In this document: positions 27,836 through 39,165 of the stretch, in pieces
Layout of the letters: each line of letters starts with the position of its first letter
Position numbering within the stretch: the stretch's first letter is position 1
Assembly: GCA_964016885.1 (NCBI GenBank)
Contig: OZ024741.1
Coordinates: 360,220,001 to 360,284,000, forward strand
Direction: 5' to 3'
Source of the DNA: Eledone cirrhosa
Lineage: Eukaryota
Length of the DNA stretch: 64,000 bases
Position numbers and translations under genes: made by a program
The notes under the pieces: generated by a model
Seen by the model: the letters and a program-made list of their open reading frames with translations, nothing else
What the model was told of the DNA's origin: nothing
Database searches by the model: none

Positions 27836-29477
27836 TATTTAGGGCCCTTCTAAATTTGTAAGCTAATTCACCTCTAGGGGTTGTATCGATGAACATTACA
27901 CTCTGGTATTTATTGCTATCATACCATGAGTTTATTCTATTAGCCTTGTTCCTAGTTCTTTCTATTCTATTCCAAAATTTGCTCCTATACAAGGGGCAGG
28001 TCCCATTTATGTCATTATTTACCATTTTTTCCCATTTGGTTCTGGCTCCTCTATACACTCTGATTTTATCTCTCTGATTGTAGCCAGAGAACTGCATACG
28101 GTGGATGAAGTGTTGTATGTGTCTCTCTAGTTCTTCGGGGTTGCACATGCGGGACACATTTCTCATCACCCGTACCAAATCCGCAATCAGTATGTTGATT
28201 TTGGTATGGTCCGAAACGGCCGAGTTTCGGTGGATCAGATGTTTGGAAGTCATGGGTTTGGCATAATGGGAATGGAGGATTTGTTTTTTGTTGTTAATGG
28301 TATCTAACCAGAGCTCTGTGTCTAGTACAGGTAATCGATGGTTGGGGTGTTTACTTGGGTAGTCTATAGTAACTCTAATACTCTGGTGGATGGAGTTAGC
28401 TATTTGCTGGATGCTTTCCATTGTGTTTTTCTCTAGTTCCTGACTGTTCTCTAGTGGGGGTGTCTTAACTACGATGTTTATATCATCTACGTAGCGGGAG
28501 TACATTATCAGGGTTAAGCTGTCTTCTAATTGTTCTTTAAGTTTAAGTTTAAGTCTACTGTCCCACCATACCATGAATAAGTTAGCTATGTCGCCTGCAA
28601 TGCTAACACCAATGGCTGCTCCTTCCTCTTGGGCATATGTTTTTCCATTAAATTTGAACATATATTCCTTAAGGGTTAGTTTTATGCTGGCTCCTACCGC
28701 ATGTGCAATCATTTTCTTCAGTTCATCGTGGTTTTCGGGTGTCCGTATGGCTCTGGTCCACCCGTTCCATCTATCTGTGTGGGTTTTCTTGGCCATTGAG
28801 GTAATGGTAGGTGGTCTGCCTCTTGCTGGTCTTGTAGGGAACAGGTTGCTAAGGTCATATGTGTCTAGGTAATTATTACTATAGGTAAGTTTAAGTAGGA
28901 GTCCCAGCTCACTGGTATCAATCCCACGGAACTCAACATTGCTCTTACTGATCATTTCTACGCATTTCTCCACAGCAAAATCCACATCAATAGATGGATA
29001 CAGGGACACAACATCCATACTGCCTATTATGCAGTTTGCTAGGTCCCTAGATCGGTTACTCACGCCGATTCTGCTGAGGAGGTCCTCCGTGCTGTCACAT
29101 ACATCTGGGGACATTTCAATGATGGGGCGTATGATCAGGGAGAGGAAGTAGGACAGTCTGTAGTTACTAGCAATGTTATCTCCACAGACTGGCCGTGTTG
29201 GTGGTCCTGCGACAGGGTCACTGCCCGTTTTATGGTCTTTTTGAAGCCCATACAACGCCAGCACGTCATTGTTCCAGGCCTGGAAGTTGTTGGCAGTCCT
29301 TTTGTTGGGCTGCATTATATTCGTCCACATCACCATTTGGGCATTGAGGGCTTTTTCTCTATCCTCATGCTCCTGTGGTGTTACCTCTCTTGTGTTAGTG
29401 ATGTGGGGTTGCATTGCCTGGATGTAGTTTGGCAGGCTGTCAACCGACATTCTGCCAGACTTGTCTGTTGGAAAGCA
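27819..29477 (-). pseudogene. PLE reverse transcriptase (N-truncated, frameshifted before the endonuclease)
   Basis: PTDKSG, P.RPV, SMDVVSLYPSID, Q.EGAAIG, RYVDD, LPVLD motifs. Confidence 0.9.
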
Positions 29478-29530
29478 TGCTTTCCAACAGACGAATATAA
29501 TGCAGCCCAACAAAAGGACTGCCAACAACT

Positions 29531-30710
29531 TCCATCTATTGACGTGGATTTTGCTGTGGAGAAATGCGTAGAAATGATCAGTGAGAGCAATGTTGAGTTC
29601 CGTGGGATTGATACCAGTGAGCTGGGACTCCGAATTAAACTTACCTATAGTAATAATTACCTAGACACATATGACCTTAGCAACCTGTGCCCTACAAGAC
29701 CAGCAAGAGGCAGACCACCTACCATTACCTCAATGGCCAAGAAAACCCACACAGATAGATGGAACGGGTGGACCAGAGCCATACGGACACCCGAAAACCA
29801 CGATGAACTGAAGAAAATGATTGCACATGCGGTAGGGGCCAGCATAAAACTAACCCTTAAGGAACATATGTTCAAATTTAATGGAAAAACATATGCCCAA
29901 GAGGAAGGAGCAGCCATTGGTGTTAGCATTGCAGGCGACATAGCTAACTTATTCATGGTATGGTGGGACAGTAGACTTAAACTTAAACATAAAGAACAAT
30001 TAGAAGACCCCTTAACCCTGATAATGTACTCCCGCTACGTTGATGATATAAACATCGTAGTTAAGACACCCCCACTAGAGAACAGTCAGGAACTAGAGAA
30101 AAACACAATGGAAAGCATCCAGCAAATAGCAAACTCCATCCACCAGAGCATTAGAGTTACTATTGACTACCCAAGTAAACACCCCAACCATCGATTACCT
30201 GTACTAGACACAGAGCTCTGGTTAGATACCATTAACAACAAAAAACAAATCCTCCATTCCCATTATGCCAAACCCATGACTTCCAAACATCTGATCCACC
30301 GAAACTCGGCCGTTTCGGACCATACCAAAATCAACATACTGATTGCGGATTTGGTACGGGTGATGAGAAACGTGTCTCGCATGTGCAACCCCGAAGAACT
30401 AGAGAGACACATACAACACTTCATCCACCGTATGCAGTTCTCTTGCTACAATCAGAGAGATAAAATCAGAGTGTATAGAGGAGCCAGAACCAAATGGGAA
30501 AAAATGGTAAATAATGACATAAATGGGACCTGCCCCTTGTATAGGAGCAAATTTTGGAATAGAATAGAAAGAACTAGGAACAAGGCTAATAGAATAAACT
30601 CATGGTATGATAGCAATAAATACCAGAGTGTAATGTTCATCGATACAACCCCTAGAGGTGAATTAGCTTACAAATTTAGAAGGGCCCTAAATAAACAAAC
30701 TCAATATTAA
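29531..30710 (+). pseudogene. PLE reverse transcriptase, right-arm copy
   Basis: PSIDVDFAVEKC...RYVDD...RRALNKQTQY; about 8 aa differences from the left copy. Confidence 0.9.
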
Positions 30711-31164
30711 GATAGTAGAAAGACCAGGTACCTCCGTAAAAACACTTATTAGCAAGACATACCCTTTTCAAAGACCCTCATGTATAGATAAGAAATGTAT
30801 AACCTGTAAAATAAGCCCCCATATTAACTGTAAAACTAGAAATGTAGTGTATAGCATAAGATGTACTGAAGGACAATGTAGAGACAAAAATATAGTGTAC
30901 ATAGGTGAGGCAGCTCGTAGTGTAGGGGAATGGATAAATGAACACTGGCGAGACCTTCAAGATAGTAAAGAATCATCTGTACTCTACCAACATGCTAAAA
31001 TAGAACACAAGGGTAAATTAGAGAACATAGAAATAAAAATAGAATCTACACACAGAAAAGACGCAATGTTTAGACAAATTACAGAGGCAATAAACATAAA
31101 AGAATTACAACCAAAATTAAATAGAAAATATGAGTGGAACAGCAACATCACAACTTACAATTAA
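30694..31164 (+). pseudogene. PLE Cys linker and GIY-YIG endonuclease, right-arm copy
   Basis: frame NKLNIKIVERPG...CITC...VVYSIRC...YIGEAARS...INEH. Confidence 0.88.
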
Positions 31165-31365
31165 GGACAAAATGAAAACACACACACACATAGAACAAAC
31201 AACCAACCAGTAACATGTAAATAAACAAATAAATAAATGAACATAAACACACACAGACACCCGGATGTGGCGCATGCGCAGACTGAGCACACAACACACA
31301 CACAGAAACAAAATGGCGTAGGACAGAACAAAGGAGAGGCACAGAAACAAAGAAAGGAATCCCCA

Positions 31366-31408
31366 GTCACTGAAGAGGTCACAGAGTGTGTGACGAAAGA
31401 ACTATGAC
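31366..31408 (+). ncRNA. minimal type I hammerhead ribozyme motif (right arm)
   Basis: gtca-CTGAAGA-g-gtcaca(gagtg)tgtgac-GAAA-gaac-TA-tgac. Confidence 0.7.
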
Positions 31409-31632
31409 AATATATAAACAACTATCTGGTTGTGGAACCAACCAACCAACCAGAAATTTATAAATTTATTATAAATTTATTATAATAAATTGAAGTGAAA
31501 GCAACTGGTGCGTGTGTTTCTTATTGGCAACATGACCCTCCCAAAGTATAACAATATCGGTTTCAACACACGATTTCAGATAGAGAATCTTGCTAAACAA
31601 ATTCAGAAACGAAATATATATATATATACATA

Positions 31633-32560
31633 TAACTTGGGGAGGGTAATATTGCCAGAAATAATAACAGAACACACTCACTGTTTGGTTGGTTTTCGCT
31701 TCTGTATCTTTTATATCCCCATAGTTAATTTATTTGGTAATCAATGTTTATCATTGACTGACCAACAGTTAAAAATACAGATATAAATATACGAGGGTAA
31801 TCCCAAAAGTAAGGTCTCCAAAGCAATGGGGATGCAGAGAAACTGTTCATACAGCTGTTGGCAACTGTTGTGATTGGTGCTTCCTTCACTCCCAAACAAG
31901 CATGCGCGCGCTTCGCTGGGATGCTCAATCTTGGCTTGGCAGCCGTTGAGAATGGAGCTCCCGTTGAACGCTACCGGCAAGTGCAAATTTCGCGCAGTTA
32001 TTATATAGAGGGCAATCGCAAAAGTAAGGTCTCCTTCAGAGGAAAACATGCGTAAAGATTGGCGGATTACTCTGGATGCTCTCTGCATTTTGGTTCTTGA
32101 GGTTTCCCGAAGCACCATCCACAGGATTTTAACGGAAAAGTTGCAATATCGGAAGGAGACCTTACTTTTGGGATTACCCTTGTATATATATAGTCTAACA
32201 AAGTTCTTTCGTTGCACATCTGCAACATCATCAGTGGTACTATTATCATGTTCCCTCCGATTGTATTGTAATGTTTATGCCATTTTTATTTTATTTATTT
32301 ATTATTTTTGTCTCAGTCTTTGCACATGCGTTTGCGTGTGTGTATAATGTTTGGTGTGTTTGTTCGCGTTTGAGTGTATATGTTTTGGTTTTTGTATTCT
32401 ATCTTTGTTTACTAGTGTGTGTTTATGTGTTTGTTGTTATTGTACTTGTGTATATATTTATTTATTTATATTTCCCTTAAGTCAGTATTGTTTGTTTGGG
32501 TATGGTTGTTGATGTTATTCCATTCGTTTTTTCTGTTTAACATTTTCCGTGTTTGCTCAT
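31633..32560 (-). mobile_element. older PLE 3' end/pLTR remnant interrupted by a mariner derivative
   Basis: similar to the pLTR at 44664-44778 and 45510-45670; hammerhead core CTGATGA-t-gttgca(gatg)tgcaac-GAAA-gaac-TT at 32201-32234 (minus). Confidence 0.65.
31792..32182 (+). mobile_element. internally deleted mariner element
   Basis: TA|cgagggtaatcccaaaagtaaggtctcc ... ggagaccttacttttgggattacccttg|TA; transposase HTH fragment 'RITLDAL...VSRSTIHRILTEKLQYRK'. Confidence 0.88.
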
Positions 32561-35500
32561 ACATAACTGTTTCTGGCTAGGGTTCTACGGCTGGTTGCCA
32601 TTCCTAACATCAACCACATTTACAGCAGGGACAGTGCTCTTTACTATGGCACTAAAACAACCAACTGACAGGTTGGGTAGGGTACTTTTTCAATGTGTCA
32701 CCAGCAGTTTCAGAAGCCCAGTATAATACATTTCCACTGCTAAGTACAAGGTGCTTTTTGTCATGTCACCAACACCACTACTTTACAGGGTGGGCTAGAT
32801 ACTAACATCTGTTGCATTAGGAAGATGACAGCTGGTTTTGAAACCTGAGCATTTGGTGATATAACAGGTGACCAAGCAATTTTAAACGTGGCTGTGCTAT
32901 GAACTGGATGTTTCAGAGTCCTAGTGGAACACTTATCCACTAAGCCACTGAAGCAAAGATGAGGTTTATATGATAAGTAAAGGAATGGTGAAATATGAAT
33001 CTTGTGGAGGAGATCATATAAGACCACAATAAGTAGTGAGATGCAGTGTGGGAGAAGAACCATCTGACCTATGTAAGCATGAAAAGTTAGATGTAAAATA
33101 GTGTGTGTGTGTGTGCATCTGAAAAGAGCACCAGAATACAAGCATGGAAGAAGGGACGAATGATGATCACGATGAGTATATCACAAATACTGTGTAGTAT
33201 ATCACAAATACCGTGTAAATTCAATTGCAAGGTGACAAAAGATCTTGCACTCTGGTATACAATAAATTTTTCTGTAGTTATTATTCACTAAATTTGGATA
33301 TTGAGATTAGTCTGAGTAATAGAGCATCTTTGTTAGATCAACTTCTAAAAAGAACAAGATAAGAAAGGTAACAGCTATCCCATTGTAGAACAAAGAAGAA
33401 AGTAACACCAGACCATAACTGATGACCTTACAAGTCAGAGTTACTACCTTGATATTTAGTTACACAAAGAAGCCAGTCAGCTTTCCATATGTGGTGGCAG
33501 CTTTATGGAACAGGAGAAACTATACACATGACAATGGGGAAAGTAATATTGTTCCACTTGAAAGCAATAAATCAAAGTAACTGTTTTAAACTGACACACC
33601 ACTACAGTTCCACTTGGTTGATTAACATTACTAAATAAAGAAAAAGATTTTCACTGCTTCATTTTCTTGGCTGCACGTTCCAACACTTAATATATCATCA
33701 CACTTGAAAATTAACAGCATATGTATTTAAGACAGGCCTGGTCATACCATCCAAAATCTATTGTAAATGAATAAAGAACTATTTAATGCACACCAGGAGC
33801 ATGTTCATACTCTATGTTTTTGGAACACCTTTCTTTGTTGCTAATTAGGTCACCTAGGTAACAAGTTATTGACTACTTTAAACCCTTTTGATAGCACACT
33901 GTTCTACAATACTAAGCTTTTGTCTTTATATTAATCTAAATGCCCTCCATCTTAGTTTTATCTACAAACCTTTGTTGAAATAAGTTCCAAACACCAGCTT
34001 AATGGTTTCTGATTTAGGCACAAGGCCATCAATATTGGGGGTGGGGGGTGTTAGATTACATCAACCCCAGCTTAATAATGAGATGGTTAGTTTTATTACT
34101 AAATTCCTCCAAAGTAAGTATTACATAAGATGTTACAAAAGATAGAACACTAAAACATGCATCAATATTATCTCATGTAAATATCTGAATGAGATTATCC
34201 AACCTATGAATTTTTTTAACTGCTTATTCTGAGGATAAAGAGCAGCATCCATGACCATTTCTTTTTATAGCTTCTGAGACTGATGGGAGAGAAGAAGCTA
34301 TTATCAGACTGGATGAGAAAAAGAAAAAAGGAAAAAAAAAGAAAAACCTTATAGGTATTTGTTTCAAGTCAAATGATATATTTGGCTAAATTCCTCCATG
34401 GACAATGTGTTCTCTTTTGTGCCCTGATAAATAAGTCAACATATAGGTGGGTACAAGAGTGACTGACTGAGTACATGAGTGTGCATAACTCTTATTTAAC
34501 TCATTAATCTGTAGAGCTTCTAGAATAAAAATAAACACACCCCAAAATCAACAAGAGTGCAAGAGTGGGATGAGGCTAGATATAGTACTCAACTCCAATT
34601 CATTGAAGCAGCTGATTTTGATTGAGCTCACTGTCATATATAAATTAGAATGAAGTCTACATCTACAAGATGGAGAAATATAGAAATATACCAGTCTAGC
34701 CAACAGGTTGAGAGAAGCCTGCTTCCAGGCCGAAGTCCTTGTCATAGAAATTGGAGCAGGGTGCTTGTAAGAAAATATGCCTGTAATCTCTTGAAACATC
34801 TCTCAATTTTGGGAATAAAAAGAAAAAGAGGAAGAAGAGAATGAAGAAGGAGGTAGGGGGTAAAATGGAGAAGGTAGGTAGTAGTTTCAACCAAATTAGT
34901 CCATATGGCAATGAAATCCTGGGTAATATTAGGGGTTTGGGGTTCCTACAACTTGTAAATACTTTGCATTATTCCCAGTTACCAACATAAGAACTATTCT
35001 ATAAAAAGAAAGCCTTTTCATTATGTCTATATCAAGCTAGTATGACTGCCCGTCAGTCTCACCCCCCTCCTGCTTCGTTCACTCTCCTCCATCAATAATG
35101 GTCTCCTGGGAGAGGAACAATAAATCACCTAATAAAAGTAATTCTCTAGTGAAATACATAAAGTATCAGTTGTTTTCAACAAGAGTCAATCACACACCCC
35201 TCATCACATATACAGCCTCCCCAACCATCACACATGCAACACACACACACACACACACCATTACATACAAACATCCCTCCACACGCCACCCTCACATTCC
35301 AGCTATACACCTAACAAAGCAATGATATGACATTAAATATGAAATATAATATAATGGGCCCTTAACTCTTCATGGAGTCATAGGAACACTATCATGGTGT
35401 ATGATGTGTCTTGGGCACTCAGACCTGACAGAGACCATCCCCCTCCAGGTCTGAACACACCTGATTTCAAGAGAAAAGGGACAGGGAAAAATGATTACAG

Positions 35501-36895
35501 AACTTGACTGGTACTTTATTTTGACCTCAAAAGGATGAAAGGCAAAGTTGATCTCAATGGGATTTGAACACAGAATGCAGAGTCAAAACTAATACTACAA
35601 AGTATTCTATCCAACGTTCTTACAACTCTGCCAAACTTATAGAGGACCATGGTGGGATAGTTGCCAGTAAATAAATATATAAAACAATATAAACCATTCA
35701 TATATATGAATAATCTTTTGAAAATAAAATTCTTGTTTTCTATTTCTATTTTTAACCAAATGAATTCAATTGAAATCCTGGCCTGTTGAACCATGCCTCC
35801 ACCTTTACCACCACACCTTCATAAAAAGCATATATATAAGAAGAAATTTTATAGATAACTGTCAATGTTGACTAGGGGTATTATGATTGACTAAATCCCT
35901 TCAAAGTGATACTCCTCCATGAGTGAAACAAGTAAAAGAATGTTCTGAGATTTTCAAAGAAATTTCCTATGTGTGTGTGTGTATGAGAGTGTATGTGTGA
36001 GTGACTGAGTGTGAAAATAGCAATCTGTGAACATGAAATTGTGGATGTGTGTATGAATGTGAAACAGGAAAGGTGATACTATTTTTGTGAGTGTTGATAT
36101 TTCAATAAAGAGGATTTCAGAGCAACAATTTTGTATAAACTAATGTTAGAATATATAAACTAATCAATAAGTTATACTGTGCAGACTGATATATAAGTAA
36201 CAATATATATATATATATATGCAGATACTTATATCTGTTATATAAATTATACTTACAACTATTACTACAGTAAAAAATATATGCTAAACTATTAAGAGAG
36301 GTTAAAGTAGGCTATAAACATACTAATGAAGAAACTTGTGACTTTATTTTTAATGATTTCACTAAAAAAAAAAAAAAAAAAAAAAGTTTCCAAGCAGTTG
36401 TTTAAACCCTACCATATGTTAAACTTATGTATCTTAGCCATAAAAATGTACAAAGGACCTGTCTTAATCTTTTTGTTAGCATATTTCTAATGAAAGACAC
36501 TGCATGTGCTTTTGATTGTTTTGGAAAAGCTGGTACAATGTAAATTAGAAGCAAAATAGTAAAGAGTAAAGTTAAAGAAACTAGAAAAAAAAAACACTTT
36601 ACACTTTTACCTTATATTTCATAGGGTTAGGACCTCTATAAAACCTTACACTGTTTCCTTTCTTTTGAAAACGAAGTCGTATCATTGAAATATTATAAAA
36701 TATATGGTAAACTGTTACTTTTAGTTGTTTTTTTGTTTTTTTTTTACTTTACTCTGGTTTTCACTCTACTGCCTATGGTTTTCAATTAATTTTTAAAATG
36801 AATTGAAGTATTTAATAATATAACACTTTCTAAAAACTAATCTGGTGTTTGGAATGTAACATAGCAAAGAGTCTTACATAAAAGATGGAAGGTTT

Positions 36896-37124
36896 TTAAC
36901 CCTTTAGCATTTGAACCGGCTGTATCCGGCCAGAACTCTCTCACTTTTTTCTGTTCAAACCGGCTGTAACTGGCTGCTCATATCTACATTAAGGTATTAT
37001 TCTCAAAATAAATAACATCAAAATCTTGTAGTTTTGATATTATGCGAGATAATTATGTATGATAAAGCCTTTACAATGAAAATACAATAGTAAATACAGA
37101 ATAATGTAAATGCTAAAGGGTTAA
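36896..37124. mobile_element. piggyBac-like MITE
   Basis: TTAA|ccctttagcattt ... aaatgctaaaggg|TTAA. Confidence 0.8.
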
Positions 37125-38959
37125 AACCAATAGCTTTACATTGTAGAACCTGGAATAGTTTGATGTCAAAACAGTTAATTGTAAAAATCTACAAAGAACA
37201 TAACTGTAAAAAATGTTATGGTCATAACTATAAATTGTACAATGGACATACCTGTAAAATTTACAATGGACATGTTGCTTAACCTTTTTGTTACTTATCT
37301 TCTTTGCCCACTTATTCCTGAGAGGGTCATGGGGGAAGAGTCCTCAAACACTCCTTGTCAGATGCAACCATCTCCAATTGATCCGGCTGGATCCCCAAGC
37401 AAGACCAGCTGGGCTCATGGATGTTTTCCAACCATCTTGCTCAGAGTCTACCCCTGGGTCTCCTGCCAGTTGGTTTTGCCTGTAAGATCTGTCCAGCAGC
37501 TCTTTCATTTTATTACTATATTTCTAATATTATACACTACCTATGTTTCAATTAATTTTGAAAATAATCAAGAATTTGGAGAAATTTAATAAAATAGCTA
37601 ACATTTTACATTAAGTTCAAGTTTAGGACATAAATGTTTTAAATCAATTTTCAATACAATTCTTTAAAATGGGCAATTCTGTGTCACAGAAGCGGAGATG
37701 GTTTCAAGTAGGTTGAATAAGAAAAGTTATAATAAAGAATAGCAAAGGTAGAAACACCTGTGTTGGTGTTCACTGAAGATGGGTCAAGTCTGCTTCAACT
37801 AGTGCATCACCAGCATCATAAACAGTGGCCATCCATGTAGGACACTGACAGATGTCTGACAGATATTGTCAGCCAGTCACAATTTAAATAGCAAATATCA
37901 CGTATGCGAGAACTAGATATTAGCTGAAGATCTGACTTGATTGTACCAATCCGTATTGTCAAGAATCCACCTCACTATTTACGCCATCCCAAAAGGGACT
38001 GATGCAATTGCACTGTGAAGTGTGTGTAAAAAGTAATGGAGGTGCTTTTGCATTGGTGGATAAGCTAGTTATAAGAAACAATAAATGAAAGCCTAAGATT
38101 GAATAAAACTTAGTAAATTTGTTAAAGACATGAACACAACTAAGTAAGCAAAAAAGACATAATAGAAGGACAATGACTGATGTGAAAATGGGCTTTACTA
38201 ATTGGGTGAAGTAGGCAATATTTTTAGAATCAATATGAAATATATTATTGAATCCATGTGGAATAATTATAGATTTTGTTTAAAATATTGAAGTCATATT
38301 TTATGTCCTTGATAGCGATTCTAAATATTTACTCCTATGGTCTTTTCTGGCAATATTTTTTTAATTATACCAAACTTTGGGTATAAACATGTAATGAATT
38401 GCTTTAAAAAAATAAACTCCTATAAAATATACTTCGCATTTTTCTAGGGATTAAAATCAACTTTATTTTGCAACTTGTCTAAATATCCTATTTTTTTTTT
38501 TTTTTTAAATCACGCTACTGTGCAAAGGTGATACAGTGACATGTACCTAACCCACTACAAAATAGAAACAAGTTTTACTGAATCATTTCTACACTGCTAC
38601 TTTACAACTGGAAATAAGAACACTAGACATATTCCTTCCTGTTGATAGCTGAAACAAAACCTAGAGTAAAATTTTGTTTTATCTTATTTGCTTTTAACCT
38701 TTTTATTGCTATATTTCTAATAAAAATCATCAAGAATTTGGATTGGTTTAGTAATATAACTTAAAGGTTGTTACACAAAATAATTGAAGGAAGGATTTTA
38801 GGTAAATCAAATAAACAAATCCGCATCACGGAACCAAACAGTTTTGTATTAAAAGAATTAATGTGGGCACTGAAAAAAATTCTATCTTTTGCAGAAATTC
38901 AGATATTTCTCTGTGTGTATGTGTGCACGTGCGCACTCTCACACAATATATATATATAT

Positions 38960-39165
38960 ATGCTGTAATGTGGCCGTGTAGGTAACACGGTAAAAACCTC
39001 CTAGTCCACACTGTAAACGTGGTTGGTGTTAGGAAGGGCATCCAGCCGTAGAAAACCCGCCAGACAGCCCTGAGCAAGACAACCAATCTTGCCTCAAGTG
39101 GGAAAACCCCCGTCCAAACCCATGCAAGCGTGGAAGATGGACGTTAAACGATGATGATGATGATA
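38960..39165 (+). mobile_element. SINE 3' part with (GAT)n tail
   Basis: near identical to 18915-19120. Confidence 0.8.

Larger units (their letters stand above)
26986..29477 (-). mobile_element. Penelope-like element, left arm (5'-truncated)
   Basis: RT plus GIY-YIG plus 3' UTR/pLTR with hammerhead motif; begins at a (TA)n tract. Confidence 0.92.
29478..31613 (+). mobile_element. Penelope-like element, right arm (inverted copy with two internal deletions and a ~55-bp extra 3' tail)
   Basis: mirror of the left arm up to 31557, about 99% identical; the tail is followed by (TA)n. Confidence 0.92.

Noticed and set aside
29232-30710. 492-aa ORF as an intact novel RT gene
   Set aside because: The N-terminal ~80 aa are antisense of the left arm, and the RT motif upstream of PSID (SMDVVSLY) is deleted, so it is a chimera of the palindrome
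37755-38070. Complex unique-looking segment as a possible extra exon or nested gene
   Set aside because: The minus-strand frames I checked contain stops, and there is no convincing acceptor/donor pair or homology
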